Shown here one piece after another: positions 1 to 9,592 of a stretch of DNA of 64,000 nucleotides. The notes beneath the pieces were generated by a model that had not been told where the DNA came from, searched no databases, and worked only from the letters and a program-made list of their open reading frames with translations. The DNA lies in the IMG/VR virus record IMGVR_UViG_3300037258_000514, positions 111,953 to 175,952 of that record, one strand, 5' to 3'. This stretch comes from a virus. The position numbers were made by a program, and so were the translations under genes. The number at the start of each line of letters is the position of its first letter. Positions within the stretch are counted from its first letter, which is position 1.

Positions 1-975
1 TGCTACTTGACCGATCGTTAATCCGGCAGCTTTTCGCATAGATTCAAGCGCGCGGTTGTCTGTTACTTCAGGTCCAACACTCACAAGTTCGTAGCGTTGA
101 ACGAGAGTTTTCAAACGAGCATAAGAAGATTTGATAAGTGTTTTTGTGCTCATCTTCTTCTTACGGATATCACGCTTTACTGTCGGATGAGCAAGGAGCA
201 TCTTAATCATGTCCTTGCGATCCTTCTTAACCTCGACCACAAGTTTTTTCTCAAGTTCAGAATAACCTTCATGCTTGAAGATATGCGTGTCTTTGTCGCC
301 TAGTTCCATCAGTACTTCGTATCGAAGTACTCTAATCTTTCCTGATTGCGCTGAAAGTACATCACGCGGATTTGCTTTTACAGCCATCGTTTTCTCTCCA
401 TAAACTCCATACTGTTTTGAACAGATATGGAATCCAGAAGAGCACTGTGTATACCAATGGGGATCACCCTCTTTACGAGGCATCATGATGATCTGTCCTG
501 GGCTGTTGTCAACTGTCTGCGAATGCGTATCCATGTTGTTACGTTTTACTGACTTGTATGCAAGAAAGTGTCCATCATCTGTGATTGGTAAGTCGTTGTT
601 AACAAGCCAATCATAGAATTCTTTAATTGCATGTGGTTCAGGATTCTGATACAAGTTATTCATGAAGCGAATAAGATGACTTACGTTCTTTCGCCCCTCA
701 ATCATATCCAAAATTCGTTTACTAAGCGAATTGTGAATCTCTTTGTCTTTGTAAAAGACTGCGTCTTTCTTCACAGTCACAAGTCCATGAGATTCGACTG
801 AGATATTTTCTGCAAGCGTAACTAAGCCCGGAATTTTTTTCCATTCCTTAGCTTTGATTGCAGCTTTCATCTTCTTAAAAGTTGGATGAGACTCTTGCAA
901 TGCGAAAGGCTTACCTCCAACAATTACTTGGATAAAGTTATCTTTCAAAACAAAGGGAATAGTTTTAGTTGGCAT
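1..975 (-). CDS. rIIB-like protein, C-terminus outside the window; start of a possible XRE-type HTH at the edge
   Basis: Not in the ORF track (no stop in window). Manual translation from ATG 975: MPTKTIPF...FMNNLYQNP...LPITDDGHFLAYKSV...CSSGFHICS...VKANPRDV...GKIRVLRYEV, the rIIB motif set. Overlaps the end of rIIA. Confidence 0.8.
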   Translation of the reverse strand, partial: MPTKTIPFVLKDNFIQVIVGGKPFALQESHPTFKKMKAAIKAKEWKKIPGLVTLAENISVESHGLVTVKKDAVFYKDKEIHNSLSKRILDMIEGRKNVSHLIRFMNNLYQNPEPHAIKEFYDWLVNNDLPITDDGHFLAYKSVKRNNMDTHSQTVDNSPGQIIMMPRKEGDPHWYTQCSSGFHICSKQYGVYGEKTMAVKANPRDVLSAQSGKIRVLRYEVLMELGDKDTHIFKHEGYSELEKKLVVEVKKDRKDMIKMLLAHPTVKRDIRKKKMSTKTLIKSSYARLKTLVQRYELVSVGPEVTDNRALESMRKAAGLTIGQVA

Positions 976-3331
976 AGATATTCTTCTTCTCCTCAGGAGT
1001 TACTGTTGTTTCTTCTGCGTTGTTGTTCGCAATAGCAAAGGCTAACGTTACAATTTCTTCGTTAGCTTTGCGATCAGCATCTTCATCTTTCAGACGAATG
1101 TATTCAATTACAGGTTCTGCAGCGAAAGAGTACAAGTACGATTCCTCTATTATTTGTAGTAATGGATATTGTTTTAATATTTTCCTCCACTCCTCCTTAA
1201 AGTTAAACGCGTGTTTAATCTCAAATTTCTTTAAACGTGTTGCATTTGCGATTACGATTGCAAGCCCTTTAGGCGCTTTTCCAACTGTAATGACCAGTGA
1301 ACAAAACGCTTGCATGGGACTATCTTTTGGTAGCATTTGATTGCTGCCTATCGTTTTAAGAATTGGTAAGAGCTTAGTTTTGAATGGATAGACATCAAAA
1401 CTGAGTGATAGTTCGATCTCACGAGTGATAACAGAAGTAGTTTTGTCCAAAACCAGATTAATTACGTTAATCCAATTCGGATCTTTTACAAGTTGGCTGC
1501 TCTCATTAAAACCGTAAATCTTTGTCGTGTCATCAATCCCGAACAGTTTTGATGTCTTTGCTGCTTCGATAAACGTATTAAAATCTTCTGCGAACTCAAA
1601 ACTTCCATCACTCGGTTTTAAACTTTTTAGAGGAATGTAATAGTTCTTTCCCTCTATTGGTTTAGTAGCTATGTCGATCGGTTCCCAAGCATTTAACCAT
1701 CCTGCGCGTTCGTATCCATCGTTAAATTTCGCGATGTCATTTTGTTTGTTGAAGTATAAAATATCTCTATTTACTGTCTCGCCTTGAGGGATTACAGGAT
1801 CCATTAGCGGTTTGTATTTCGCTTTAAGCGCGCTTAGCAAAACATACGGTGGATTACCTAATCCCGCAATTATTGTTTTAGCATCTCTTAGCACGCGCTC
1901 GATAGGCACATCTTTTCGTGTACGTACGATATGATAAATAGTTTCAATTTTACCACCGTACGCAGATCTTTCGAGATATTGCGTGTTGTCCGCTGCGTTT
2001 TGAAGTAAGTAGTGTATGTAACGTTCACCGCCGCGCAACGTATCATCAATAACAAACAATACGTCGCTTCCAACTTCGATTTGTCTATCGTAATAAGTTT
2101 TCTTGCGATAGTTTAAATCTAAATCTTTCTGCGCACTAACTCTACCTTCGGATGCTAACTCAAAAACTTTTTCCTTCTTAGCATCTGATCTACTTCTACT
2201 GCTTTTTGTAAAAACATTTATTTTAACTTCGGAATAATCCAACTCATTTACTGAGACTTTTCCGTGAGTTAAAGTAAAGTTTGGATATTGACCATCGAAC
2301 ACCCCGCTGTCAATTGCACTTTCATACAATGCAGCTATATTAGGCGTATTCGTCATTGTGAATAAAAGAATCATGGCCTTCCAACTACAATCACACGCCG
2401 CAATTTGCTTCTTAGCGTTATCTATTAGCTCAGCGTTGATCTTGTCATAAGCTTTCAAGATATTTGCGATCGTTCTATCATCATTGCTTAGTGTTTCTCG
2501 CGAAGCTGCAACAGACAACTCACCAATTGGAAAGAAGATATCAATAGGCAAATTGTGAATTGTTGCTTGCATGAGAGACATTTTGCTAGAGTCAATACTT
2601 CCAACTTTGTACTTAACCATGCCTTGAATTGCACGAATACCTGTAACTCCGAGATATGAGTTACTTCTTAATCCCCAGGATTCATTTTTCTGTAAATATT
2701 CCGTTTTTTTGATATGGATCTCACGGTTAATTGTTGGAGTAGGATTAAAAAACTCTAATACACTTTCAGTGTTGTTTTGAAATTCTCTAATATCACCCTG
2801 CTTAACAGGAAATGAAACCTCCAGTCCGTTTTGTGCATCAGGAGTATCTTCTTCAGTTTGAAGAAGTATTTCAGGCGTACCCTGCGATCCTAAGAATGCA
2901 GAGTAAACGCGAGTCTTCCCCTCAAAGCGACTAATAACTGTAAACCCTTCTGTGTAGCAGAAAGGACTCTTACTACCTAATCCTAGTGCTCCAACAAAAG
3001 CGTTTGAATTAGATTTGTTAGTTCCGAAGTAAGTTGTATATAGATCAAGAATGTCTTGATGCGATAAACCTACTCCGAAATCCTTTACTGAGAAGAAAGG
3101 TTCAAACGTTGTGGGTAAGTGCAGTTCAAAAGGAACTTCCTTCCTTTCTGCTGCAACATGGGCGTCGTAAGCATTACAACTCAGCTCACGAATAATTGCT
3201 TGAATCTTGTTGTTATATAGTCCTGATGAAAGAATCGAGAACGCTTCTTTCGAAGCGGCGATTTGAAATGCTTTCGGTTGTTCGATTGCATCTCCAAGTT
3301 CAACAGAACTACTTGTTGTTTGCATTTTCAT
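965..3331 (-). CDS. rIIA-like protein with N-terminal GHKL/HATPase domain
   Basis: LYNNKIQAIIRELSCNAYDAH, VKDFGVGL, YFGTNK, GALGLGSKSPFCY motifs; adjacent to rIIB-like gene. Confidence 0.85.
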   Translation of the reverse strand: MKMQTTSSSVELGDAIEQPKAFQIAASKEAFSILSSGLYNNKIQAIIRELSCNAYDAHVAAERKEVPFELHLPTTFEPFFSVKDFGVGLSHQDILDLYTTYFGTNKSNSNAFVGALGLGSKSPFCYTEGFTVISRFEGKTRVYSAFLGSQGTPEILLQTEEDTPDAQNGLEVSFPVKQGDIREFQNNTESVLEFFNPTPTINREIHIKKTEYLQKNESWGLRSNSYLGVTGIRAIQGMVKYKVGSIDSSKMSLMQATIHNLPIDIFFPIGELSVAASRETLSNDDRTIANILKAYDKINAELIDNAKKQIAACDCSWKAMILLFTMTNTPNIAALYESAIDSGVFDGQYPNFTLTHGKVSVNELDYSEVKINVFTKSSRSRSDAKKEKVFELASEGRVSAQKDLDLNYRKKTYYDRQIEVGSDVLFVIDDTLRGGERYIHYLLQNAADNTQYLERSAYGGKIETIYHIVRTRKDVPIERVLRDAKTIIAGLGNPPYVLLSALKAKYKPLMDPVIPQGETVNRDILYFNKQNDIAKFNDGYERAGWLNAWEPIDIATKPIEGKNYYIPLKSLKPSDGSFEFAEDFNTFIEAAKTSKLFGIDDTTKIYGFNESSQLVKDPNWINVINLVLDKTTSVITREIELSLSFDVYPFKTKLLPILKTIGSNQMLPKDSPMQAFCSLVITVGKAPKGLAIVIANATRLKKFEIKHAFNFKEEWRKILKQYPLLQIIEESYLYSFAAEPVIEYIRLKDEDADRKANEEIVTLAFAIANNNAEETTVTPEEKKNIYAN

Positions 3332-3584
3332 TCTTTTTCTCCTCTTCTATTTCTATAACAGAAACTTTTGTTTCTGCATCAACAACACTTTTCATTAAAT
3401 CGTGCAGTTGGTGTTTTTGAGCAGTAAGCAATTCTTTGTTAAGCTGCCATGCATCTACTCTATCAGCAACGCTGACAGCTAGTGTTCCTTGTTTCGCTAG
3501 ATTAACTAATCCACGAAGCAATACTTTGTATTGCTTGTCTGACAATGTTACTGTGTAGGTTAATTTACTCGTTACATTTGGCAT
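3309..3584 (-). CDS. hypothetical protein
   Basis: ORF coupled to neighbours; ATG 3584 preferred. Confidence 0.6.
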   Translation of the reverse strand: MPNVTSKLTYTVTLSDKQYKVLLRGLVNLAKQGTLAVSVADRVDAWQLNKELLTAQKHQLHDLMKSVVDAETKVSVIEIEEEKKNENANNK

Positions 3585-3828
3585 AGTTGTTATTCCGTAG
3601 TAAGGCACGTATTTTTAACACGCCCTCTTTTACTTCTACAGCATTCTTTGTTGAAAGTTCTTCTAACTTCTTTACTATGAAGTTATACGCACCATGTGTG
3701 CTTAGTGCTTCTGCAATCAACTTCATAAACTCTTCTTGACATGCTCCATCATAAATGATAGGAATGTGTTGATACTTACCTTCACGAAAGTAAAGCCCTT
3801 TTCCCCGTGCTTCAATTGTATGTTTCAT
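3565..3828 (-). CDS. hypothetical protein
   Basis: ATGA overlap with upstream gene. Confidence 0.6.
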   Translation of the reverse strand: MKHTIEARGKGLYFREGKYQHIPIIYDGACQEEFMKLIAEALSTHGAYNFIVKKLEELSTKNAVEVKEGVLKIRALLRNNNYAKCNE

Positions 3829-4031
3829 ATCTCATTTACTGTTATTGAAGCTCCCTCTGCATGTCCAGCAGCCTTTAATATCTTATCTGCTAAACCTGTT
3901 GCAAGAAATGTTTCGTACCAGTAGTTAGGATAATGCCCGTTGTGAGCTTCCTTAACTTTGGCACAGTTAGCGTTCCATTCTCGTGGAGTCTTGCTTGACG
4001 ACATGAGTGCTACTACATCTTCTTTTGTCAT
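3825..4031 (-). CDS. hypothetical phage protein
   Basis: Compact operon ORF. Confidence 0.65.
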   Translation of the reverse strand: MTKEDVVALMSSSKTPREWNANCAKVKEAHNGHYPNYWYETFLATGLADKILKAAGHAEGASITVNEI

Positions 4032-4241
4032 TTAATAAATTCCCGAATGTCCTGATGCACGTGCTCGTTGCTTTCTAACCACTCCATAACAATGGTCACA
4101 CAAGGGAACAAGTCTACTCGAACCTAATGGATAGTGATGTTTCCTTGTTTTCTTTGGTTTGTGGCAGCGCGCACAGTTTGGTTTACTTGCTATAGTGGGT
4201 TTGGTTTGCGTGTTATCTAGTTGCTGCTTTTGAAGGTTCAT
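4032..4241 (-). CDS. small Cys/His protein (CxxC...HH...CxxC, HNH/Zn-finger-like)
   Basis: CARC...HHY...LCDHCY; AGGAG SD. Confidence 0.55.
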   Translation of the reverse strand: MNLQKQQLDNTQTKPTIASKPNCARCHKPKKTRKHHYPLGSSRLVPLCDHCYGVVRKQRARASGHSGIY

Positions 4242-4256
4242 CTACTGTCTCCTTTC

Positions 4257-4442
4257 TTATAACTCCTTCCAGTTTATTGTGTTAACTGCGCTGTGCATTT
4301 TAGCTTTCATTGCTTCAGCAACTCTTGTACACTCTGCTTTAGCGAAGATTGTAAATTGATCTGCCATCTGCTCGTTAATAACCCAACCACGACTATTTAG
4401 TTCTTTAACAAACTCTAAAGCGCGATCATGTACTGTCTTCAT
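4257..4442 (-). CDS. hypothetical protein
   Basis: AAGGAG SD upstream. Confidence 0.6.
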   Translation of the reverse strand: MKTVHDRALEFVKELNSRGWVINEQMADQFTIFAKAECTRVAEAMKAKMHSAVNTINWKEL

Positions 4443-4459
4443 TTTCTCTCCTTTCTATC

Positions 4460-5302
4460 CTAAAGCTTGATTCCTTCTAACATTGAAAGTTCTTTTTCTG
4501 TTACTACTACAAAAGTAGAGTTGTTTTCCTCCGCCCATTTTATAGCAGCGGCAAACTTCGCAACATTTTCTGTTGTTTCTAAAAGATTAAAAGGTTTAAT
4601 CTCAACTAGTTTCCTATCTCCGTTAGTGTAAGTAACTAAGAAATCTACAATGTAAATTCTAACTTCATTGTTAAGTATGTATTGAAGTCGAATTTTATCC
4701 TTTTCAAATAAAAGAACGTCTTTTCTTTTATCTAAAAATCTTGTAAACGTTCTTTCCCAATTACTCTGACAGAAAATATTACCGCCTTTTACTGTTATTT
4801 CTACTGATGATTTTGCTTTGAAACGATGTTTTTGCGGGTTTGTTTTTCCTTGACTTATGTTTTCAAGACAAGAATTACTAAGCTGCTTCCTTAAACTCTC
4901 AGGCCATGGATGCATAATCTTTCCCGGTTTTTTGGCTATAGCAGCCCTTATGCTAGCCGAAAGAAGATTTTTTATTGCAGAAGCTTTTTCTTTACCATAT
5001 TGTTCCTCAAAACTTCTGCCTTTCTTGTTATTTGGAGGATGCCATGCTCCAGAAGCAATTAAATTCTTCTTTGATTTACTCATATTCTTCTTATTTTCTT
5101 CTGTTGGCTTCCAACCTTTGTTTCCATGTCCTCCTCTATTTTTATCGCCAATTTTAATTCTAGCTTCGATAGAGACTTTATGGCCAAGAAGTCCTTCGCT
5201 TATATGAGTACGATGAGCTTCAGAACACTTCTTTCCTTTTCGAGAAAGGCTCATTCTCTCTTTCCAAAGAGCGTAAGCTTCGGGATTTTTCGGGGCAGGC
5301 AT
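4460..5302 (-). CDS. free-standing homing endonuclease: NUMOD3-like repeats plus TnsA-N-like PD-(D/E)XK domain
   Basis: KGKKCSEAHRTHISE repeats; SNWERTF...YIVDFLV...LVEIKP...KFAAA...FVVVTEKEL. Confidence 0.8.
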   Translation of the reverse strand: MPAPKNPEAYALWKERMSLSRKGKKCSEAHRTHISEGLLGHKVSIEARIKIGDKNRGGHGNKGWKPTEENKKNMSKSKKNLIASGAWHPPNNKKGRSFEEQYGKEKASAIKNLLSASIRAAIAKKPGKIMHPWPESLRKQLSNSCLENISQGKTNPQKHRFKAKSSVEITVKGGNIFCQSNWERTFTRFLDKRKDVLLFEKDKIRLQYILNNEVRIYIVDFLVTYTNGDRKLVEIKPFNLLETTENVAKFAAAIKWAEENNSTFVVVTEKELSMLEGIKL

Positions 5303-5306
5303 TTTT

Positions 5307-6950
5307 CTAACCTAAAGCCTGATCTATCATATCTTGCTTTTCGATGATTCGTTTCGCCATGTTCGCGTCTAAACTTTGATCGAACACAATATGAAGAACG
5401 TTAACAACGTCCTTCTGTCCAATTCTGTGTAATCTATCCTCAGCTTGTGTAACCATTGCAGGTCTCCAGTCAAGTTCACAAAGAATAACGTGACTTGCAG
5501 CAGTTAACGTCCAACCAACACCCATTGTACCAATGGAACCAATAATCATTTTACACTTAGGATCTTTCTGAAAGCGATCTACAGCCTGTTGTCTTTGTTG
5601 AATGCTATATCCTTGGTGCATAACGCTGGCAACGTTTTGAAAGTGTTGATAAATTCCGTTAACAACGTCTCCATGATGGGCAAACACAACAATCTTGTCA
5701 ACTTGTTCAAGTGTGTTGGTTAAGTAATCAACGATAAAAGGAATTTTTGCTACAGCAGTATCATGTCTGAGTTTACTAATCTCCTCAAACATTATCTGAT
5801 GAAGTCCTTTTAAATCTTTCGCTGCTTCATCGTAACTTTCTTTATCACCTTCTGATTGAGCAATCTCAGCTTTCGCGATTGCTTCAAGCACTGCCGATTC
5901 GTTATTGGCGTAAAAATTTATTTCCTTCTGAACTTTACCTCTTACTTCAGGAGGAGCGGGAATGGCGATGATCTGTCTACGCTTTGGAGGAAGTTCTGTT
6001 AAAACGTCTTTCTTTAAGCGGCGAATCATTATACTAGCACGAAGGCGTTCTTGAAGAACGTCTAAGTTAGTGGCACCATCAAACGTTCTATAACCACTAT
6101 CTCCATCCGCTCCACAGAATTTTTTCGCATACAACCAAAAATTTCTTCCAAGTCCCTCAGCATCTGCAACGCGGAGCATAGGCCATAGTTCAACAGGGCG
6201 ATTTAGAATCGGCGTACCTGTTAACCAGAGTTTCTTTTTAGCCTCAAGTACACGACAGTTTTTAATATCACGTGTGTCTTCATGACCAAGAACCGCCATT
6301 GTTCGTTTAGCATCGGGATTCTTCATTAAGTGCGACTCATCGTATATGTGTAAGTCCCATTCTCTATCGAGAATTTTCGATTTTAACTTCGAGATGATTT
6401 CATAATTCGCTAACACGATATTCGAGTTAGGTAAGATCGTAGATGAAGCAAAGTCGCCTGATAAATTTCTTGTCATCCACTTCATGAATTCTCTGCCCCA
6501 GTTAAGCAACAGACTTGCAGGGCATACAAGTAGGATGTTTTTAATTTGAGGTAAAGCATTACATACACCAATCGCCTGAATTGTTTTTCCTAAGCCCATT
6601 TCATCAGCGATTAATGTATTTATTCTTGGTAGTGCATATTCGATTCCTGCTTTTTGGAAAGGAAGATAAGCAAAAGGTTTTCCAGTATCAGGATCAATTC
6701 CGTCAGGTACAGGAATTGTTAAATCTGAAGATAGTGCTTTTGATAAAGCTATCTGCTGATCGTGAAAATTTAATTGAGCTTTTGCCGATGTATCTGCAAT
6801 ATCTTCAAAGAGTTTTGCTACATGGGTCATGCCCGTCCACCAGACCTTACTTCTAAAGTCAAAGTGAAAGCCTACATCTTTAAACTGACCCTTAAATGCA
6901 GGATAACCAGTTATTTCATACCTAGCGCCCGTCCATGTAAGTTTAGGCAT
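5307..6950 (-). CDS. SNF2-family (SMARCAL1/HARP-like) helicase
   Basis: LIADEMGLGKT, DESH, LTGTP, QAEDRLHRIGQ. Confidence 0.92.
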   Translation of the reverse strand: MPKLTWTGARYEITGYPAFKGQFKDVGFHFDFRSKVWWTGMTHVAKLFEDIADTSAKAQLNFHDQQIALSKALSSDLTIPVPDGIDPDTGKPFAYLPFQKAGIEYALPRINTLIADEMGLGKTIQAIGVCNALPQIKNILLVCPASLLLNWGREFMKWMTRNLSGDFASSTILPNSNIVLANYEIISKLKSKILDREWDLHIYDESHLMKNPDAKRTMAVLGHEDTRDIKNCRVLEAKKKLWLTGTPILNRPVELWPMLRVADAEGLGRNFWLYAKKFCGADGDSGYRTFDGATNLDVLQERLRASIMIRRLKKDVLTELPPKRRQIIAIPAPPEVRGKVQKEINFYANNESAVLEAIAKAEIAQSEGDKESYDEAAKDLKGLHQIMFEEISKLRHDTAVAKIPFIVDYLTNTLEQVDKIVVFAHHGDVVNGIYQHFQNVASVMHQGYSIQQRQQAVDRFQKDPKCKMIIGSIGTMGVGWTLTAASHVILCELDWRPAMVTQAEDRLHRIGQKDVVNVLHIVFDQSLDANMAKRIIEKQDMIDQALG

Positions 6951-7204
6951 TCTCCGCTTTCTAGAGCAGGTTGATTATGTTTTTGCCAGTATAATTTTGC
7001 AAGACCAGCAATACCACCACATCGTAGTTTCTTCATGATGTGTGCCCTATGCGTATCTACAGTTTTTTGCGACAAGCCGAGCTTTGTAGCGATTTCTCCA
7101 TTATTCAAACAATCACGGCAAAGTAATTCTACTATTTCTTCCTCTCTCTGCGTTAGTCTCTTCGGCGGATTTTGAAGTTCAATGGCAGTTCTGTTGAAGT
7201 GCAC
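6911..7204 (-). CDS. LuxR/NarL-type HTH transcriptional regulator
   Basis: LTQREEEIVELL...NGEIATKLGLSQKTVDTHRAHIMKKL; GTG 7204 with GGAG SD preferred over the track start 7282. Confidence 0.85.
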   Translation of the reverse strand: MHFNRTAIELQNPPKRLTQREEEIVELLCRDCLNNGEIATKLGLSQKTVDTHRAHIMKKLRCGGIAGLAKLYWQKHNQPALESGECLNLHGRALGMK

Positions 7205-7559
7205 GGATTCGTCTCCTTTTTCTTTGCTCCTGCAAAGTAATAACTTGTTGTTCAGGTATAATGCCTTTCTCAACAAGTTCAAATTCTACGATTTCAAGCT
7301 GAGGAACTTCTGTTACGTTGTCAGGAAGTTTACTATAGAATTGTATGTCATAAACAGGTGTAAGCAGACGATCTGCATTCCAATTAGATCGTCTTTCAAT
7401 TTCACGTTTGATTCTGCGCTCCATATTTTTCTTTAATACTGTAGCAGACGCTTTGTGCGTATTAAGTGCGGGCGTATCATTTCCCATTAACACTTTATTT
7501 CTACTAGAGCGGGGTATAAACTTTCCTGAAGCAGTATATCTTACAACGAAGCATTTCAT
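7179..7559 (-). CDS. hypothetical protein
   Basis: ORF in operon. Confidence 0.6.
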   Translation of the reverse strand: MKCFVVRYTASGKFIPRSSRNKVLMGNDTPALNTHKASATVLKKNMERRIKREIERRSNWNADRLLTPVYDIQFYSKLPDNVTEVPQLEIVEFELVEKGIIPEQQVITLQEQRKRRRIRALQQNCH

Positions 7560-7561
7560 AG

Positions 7562-7756
7562 TTAGTGTCGCCCATACTTAAGGTTAAGTTTTTCGTCAAC
7601 TTCTTCTACAAATTCCTTTACCATTTCTGCAAGTAATTGCATTCGCTCGCCTCTATCTGCGCGTTTTGCTTCGCCTCTAATACGCTTATCTAAACTTGAC
7701 CAGATGTCTACCATAAATCCAACCGCATTAAGATTGGGACGATTTTCTTTACTCAT
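7562..7756 (-). CDS. hypothetical protein
   Basis: ORF in operon, GGAGG SD. Confidence 0.6.
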   Translation of the reverse strand: MSKENRPNLNAVGFMVDIWSSLDKRIRGEAKRADRGERMQLLAEMVKEFVEEVDEKLNLKYGRH

Positions 7757-8028
7757 TAGTTTATGCCTCCTGTTAAGAATAGGATTCCTTTTTCAAACAG
7801 TGAATCTTCGCAAACACATACAAAATGTTCGTGAATGTACTGTGTATCATCACCTTTTTCGGCACAGATAGCACAGGCTATCGTACCCATAGTTGTAGCA
7901 GTAGCGCATTCAATTAGACTAACGTCTTCAAGTTTTTTTACGTGATCGCACATAATATACCCCGGTCCAACTTTATCATGGCCTGCACAGTAGATGTTAG
8001 GGTATGAAAGTGTTTTTTGTTCAGACAT
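7756..8028 (-). CDS. Cys-rich hypothetical protein
   Basis: C-x2-H, CDH, CAIC, CVC motifs. Confidence 0.6.
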   Translation of the reverse strand: MSEQKTLSYPNIYCAGHDKVGPGYIMCDHVKKLEDVSLIECATATTMGTIACAICAEKGDDTQYIHEHFVCVCEDSLFEKGILFLTGGIN

Positions 8029-8051
8029 TTTACTGCTTCCTTTCTCTGCTA

Positions 8052-8402
8052 TTACCTTTCTTGAAGTTTTATGTCGTCAGGGATAAACCCTTCTCTCAAC
8101 CACTGATCGACGATAATGCTTCCCTTTTTGTTGTCTTTTGTTACTATACGAAAGCTTTTGTTTACAGCTTTTAACTGCTCTGCTAAAGACTTTGCCATTG
8201 CTGGAGTGCAAGGGGCACTGTAAAGAATGAATCCACATTTACAAGCTAGCCCGGTATCTTTATCTATCTGATAATTTTCACATAAAACTGTATGAAGATC
8301 AGATCGTTTTTTGATTACTTCGCTCACGATGTTTACACAACAGTTACACTTTCGGCAATGAATTCCTTTGCAACAAGAAGCGCACTCCCAATCACTAGTC
8401 AT
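8052..8402 (-). CDS. Cys-rich hypothetical protein
   Basis: N-terminal CASCCKGIHCRKCNCC. Confidence 0.6.
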   Translation of the reverse strand: MTSDWECASCCKGIHCRKCNCCVNIVSEVIKKRSDLHTVLCENYQIDKDTGLACKCGFILYSAPCTPAMAKSLAEQLKAVNKSFRIVTKDNKKGSIIVDQWLREGFIPDDIKLQER

Positions 8403-8673
8403 CTAACCTTATTTCACGCTCTTCGTTAACGTTTAGTTTTGGTCTAAGTTTTGCTTGGTGCACTCTCTCTTCTACTTCTGCGCGTTCTTTAGCAAGTTGC
8501 GCTTTAACCTGCTTCTCAATTTTTTCTTTCTTTTGTTTTTCTAATCGTAGATTACTTTCTCGCGCCCAGCGCGCCGTCGCTGTTCTACAATCTGAGCAGT
8601 AGCCCTCTTTGGATAGAAAGACAAGTGATTTAACTGTCTTCGCGCAAGAACCGCATCTAAGTGCTACTTTCAC
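8395..8673 (-). CDS. Zn-ribbon/coiled-coil protein ending REIRLDD
   Basis: CGSC...CSDC; GGAGG SD; shared C-terminal tag. Confidence 0.7.
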   Translation of the reverse strand: MKVALRCGSCAKTVKSLVFLSKEGYCSDCRTATARWARESNLRLEKQKKEKIEKQVKAQLAKERAEVEERVHQAKLRPKLNVNEEREIRLDD

Positions 8674-8765
8674 TAGTCCTCCAATCTGACTTCGCGTACG
8701 TCTAATATTTCTTTCTTCTTCTTTGGTTTTTCGTTCAGAAATTCTTTTCCTGTAAGCTTAGTCAT
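8673..8765 (-). CDS. 30-aa microprotein ending REVRLED (not in ORF track)
   Basis: MTKLTGKEFLNEKPKKKKEILDVREVRLED; fills the gap exactly, overlaps both neighbours, GAGGTG SD. Confidence 0.7.
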   Translation of the reverse strand: MTKLTGKEFLNEKPKKKKEILDVREVRLED

Positions 8766-9039
8766 CAAAACGCACCTCACGCTCTGGTTTCTGCTCTTTC
8801 GAAACGTTTAGTTGCTCAAGTGTGCGGACTCTTGCCCTTAATCGTTCAATATCTTTTTCTGTCTTTTTTACTTGCCATTGGGCTGTATCAAGTGCTCGTG
8901 CTAGTTTAACTACATTTGCTAGCAGGTTGTCATATTTTGATTTTACATTCCTGTGTACTTTGTTATTACTATACGCCTGCAAGATTATTATTACTGTTAA
9001 TCCCGCTAGCCAACCTCCGTAAGCAATATTGAAAGTCAT
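8758..9039 (-). CDS. membrane-anchored coiled-coil protein ending REVRFDD
   Basis: N-terminal hydrophobic helix, heptad region, shared tag. Confidence 0.7.
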   Translation of the reverse strand: MTFNIAYGGWLAGLTVIIILQAYSNNKVHRNVKSKYDNLLANVVKLARALDTAQWQVKKTEKDIERLRARVRTLEQLNVSKEQKPEREVRFDD

Positions 9040-9320
9040 TAATCTTCCAATCTTACAACACGCATTTCCTCGTCGGCAAGTTGCTTCTCATGCTTATCAA
9101 CAGCGAACGAATATCCTTGTCCTGTTAATTGCAGTTGTTTTTGCAAGATATGCTGACAGGCTTTCCTCTTTTCAAATTCTAACTTTTGGAATTTCCATGC
9201 AGGGCAAGTGCATCCAAACACTCCATCTTCGCGTTGACTTACTTTATATTTCTTCCCTGAAGTACCAATTACATCCCAGTGTTTTACCCAACCATTCGTG
9301 TCTTGAGTCTTATTTTTCAA
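9039..9320 (-). CDS. SWIM zinc-finger protein ending RVVRLED
   Basis: GTSGKKYKV...CTCPAW...CQH. Confidence 0.8.
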   Translation of the reverse strand: MKNKTQDTNGWVKHWDVIGTSGKKYKVSQREDGVFGCTCPAWKFQKLEFEKRKACQHILQKQLQLTGQGYSFAVDKHEKQLADEEMRVVRLED

Positions 9321-9543
9321 TTCATCACCTTGAAGAACAAATCCTGCATTAAGACAGCGTTTTTTCGTACCGAGCGAGTTAAAGTGCGCGCTCCCTCTAT
9401 ATATCTGTAGATGTTATAGTCTTGAAACCCTTTTTCCTGGCATCTTCGCTTGCTTCTTCAGAAGGACGCGTTGCTTGGTAAGGCGCATCTGATTGCTTAG
9501 TAAGCATCATAATTTGATTAGAAGTAGACAATTTAAGTCTTCT

Positions 9544-9569
9544 GTTCCGCTCACTTCGGTGAACGGAAC
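9544..9569. promoter_or_regulatory. stable hairpin (terminator or processing element) downstream of the DUF3150-like gene
   Basis: GTTCCGCTCAC-TTCG-GTGAACGGAAC. Confidence 0.45.
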
Positions 9570-9592
9570 GCAGGACTTAACCTGCGTTTACC

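Noticed and set aside
9321-9510. Second possible in-frame TGA gene
   Set aside because: No start codon in that frame, no SECIS-like hairpin noticed, no protein-like continuity
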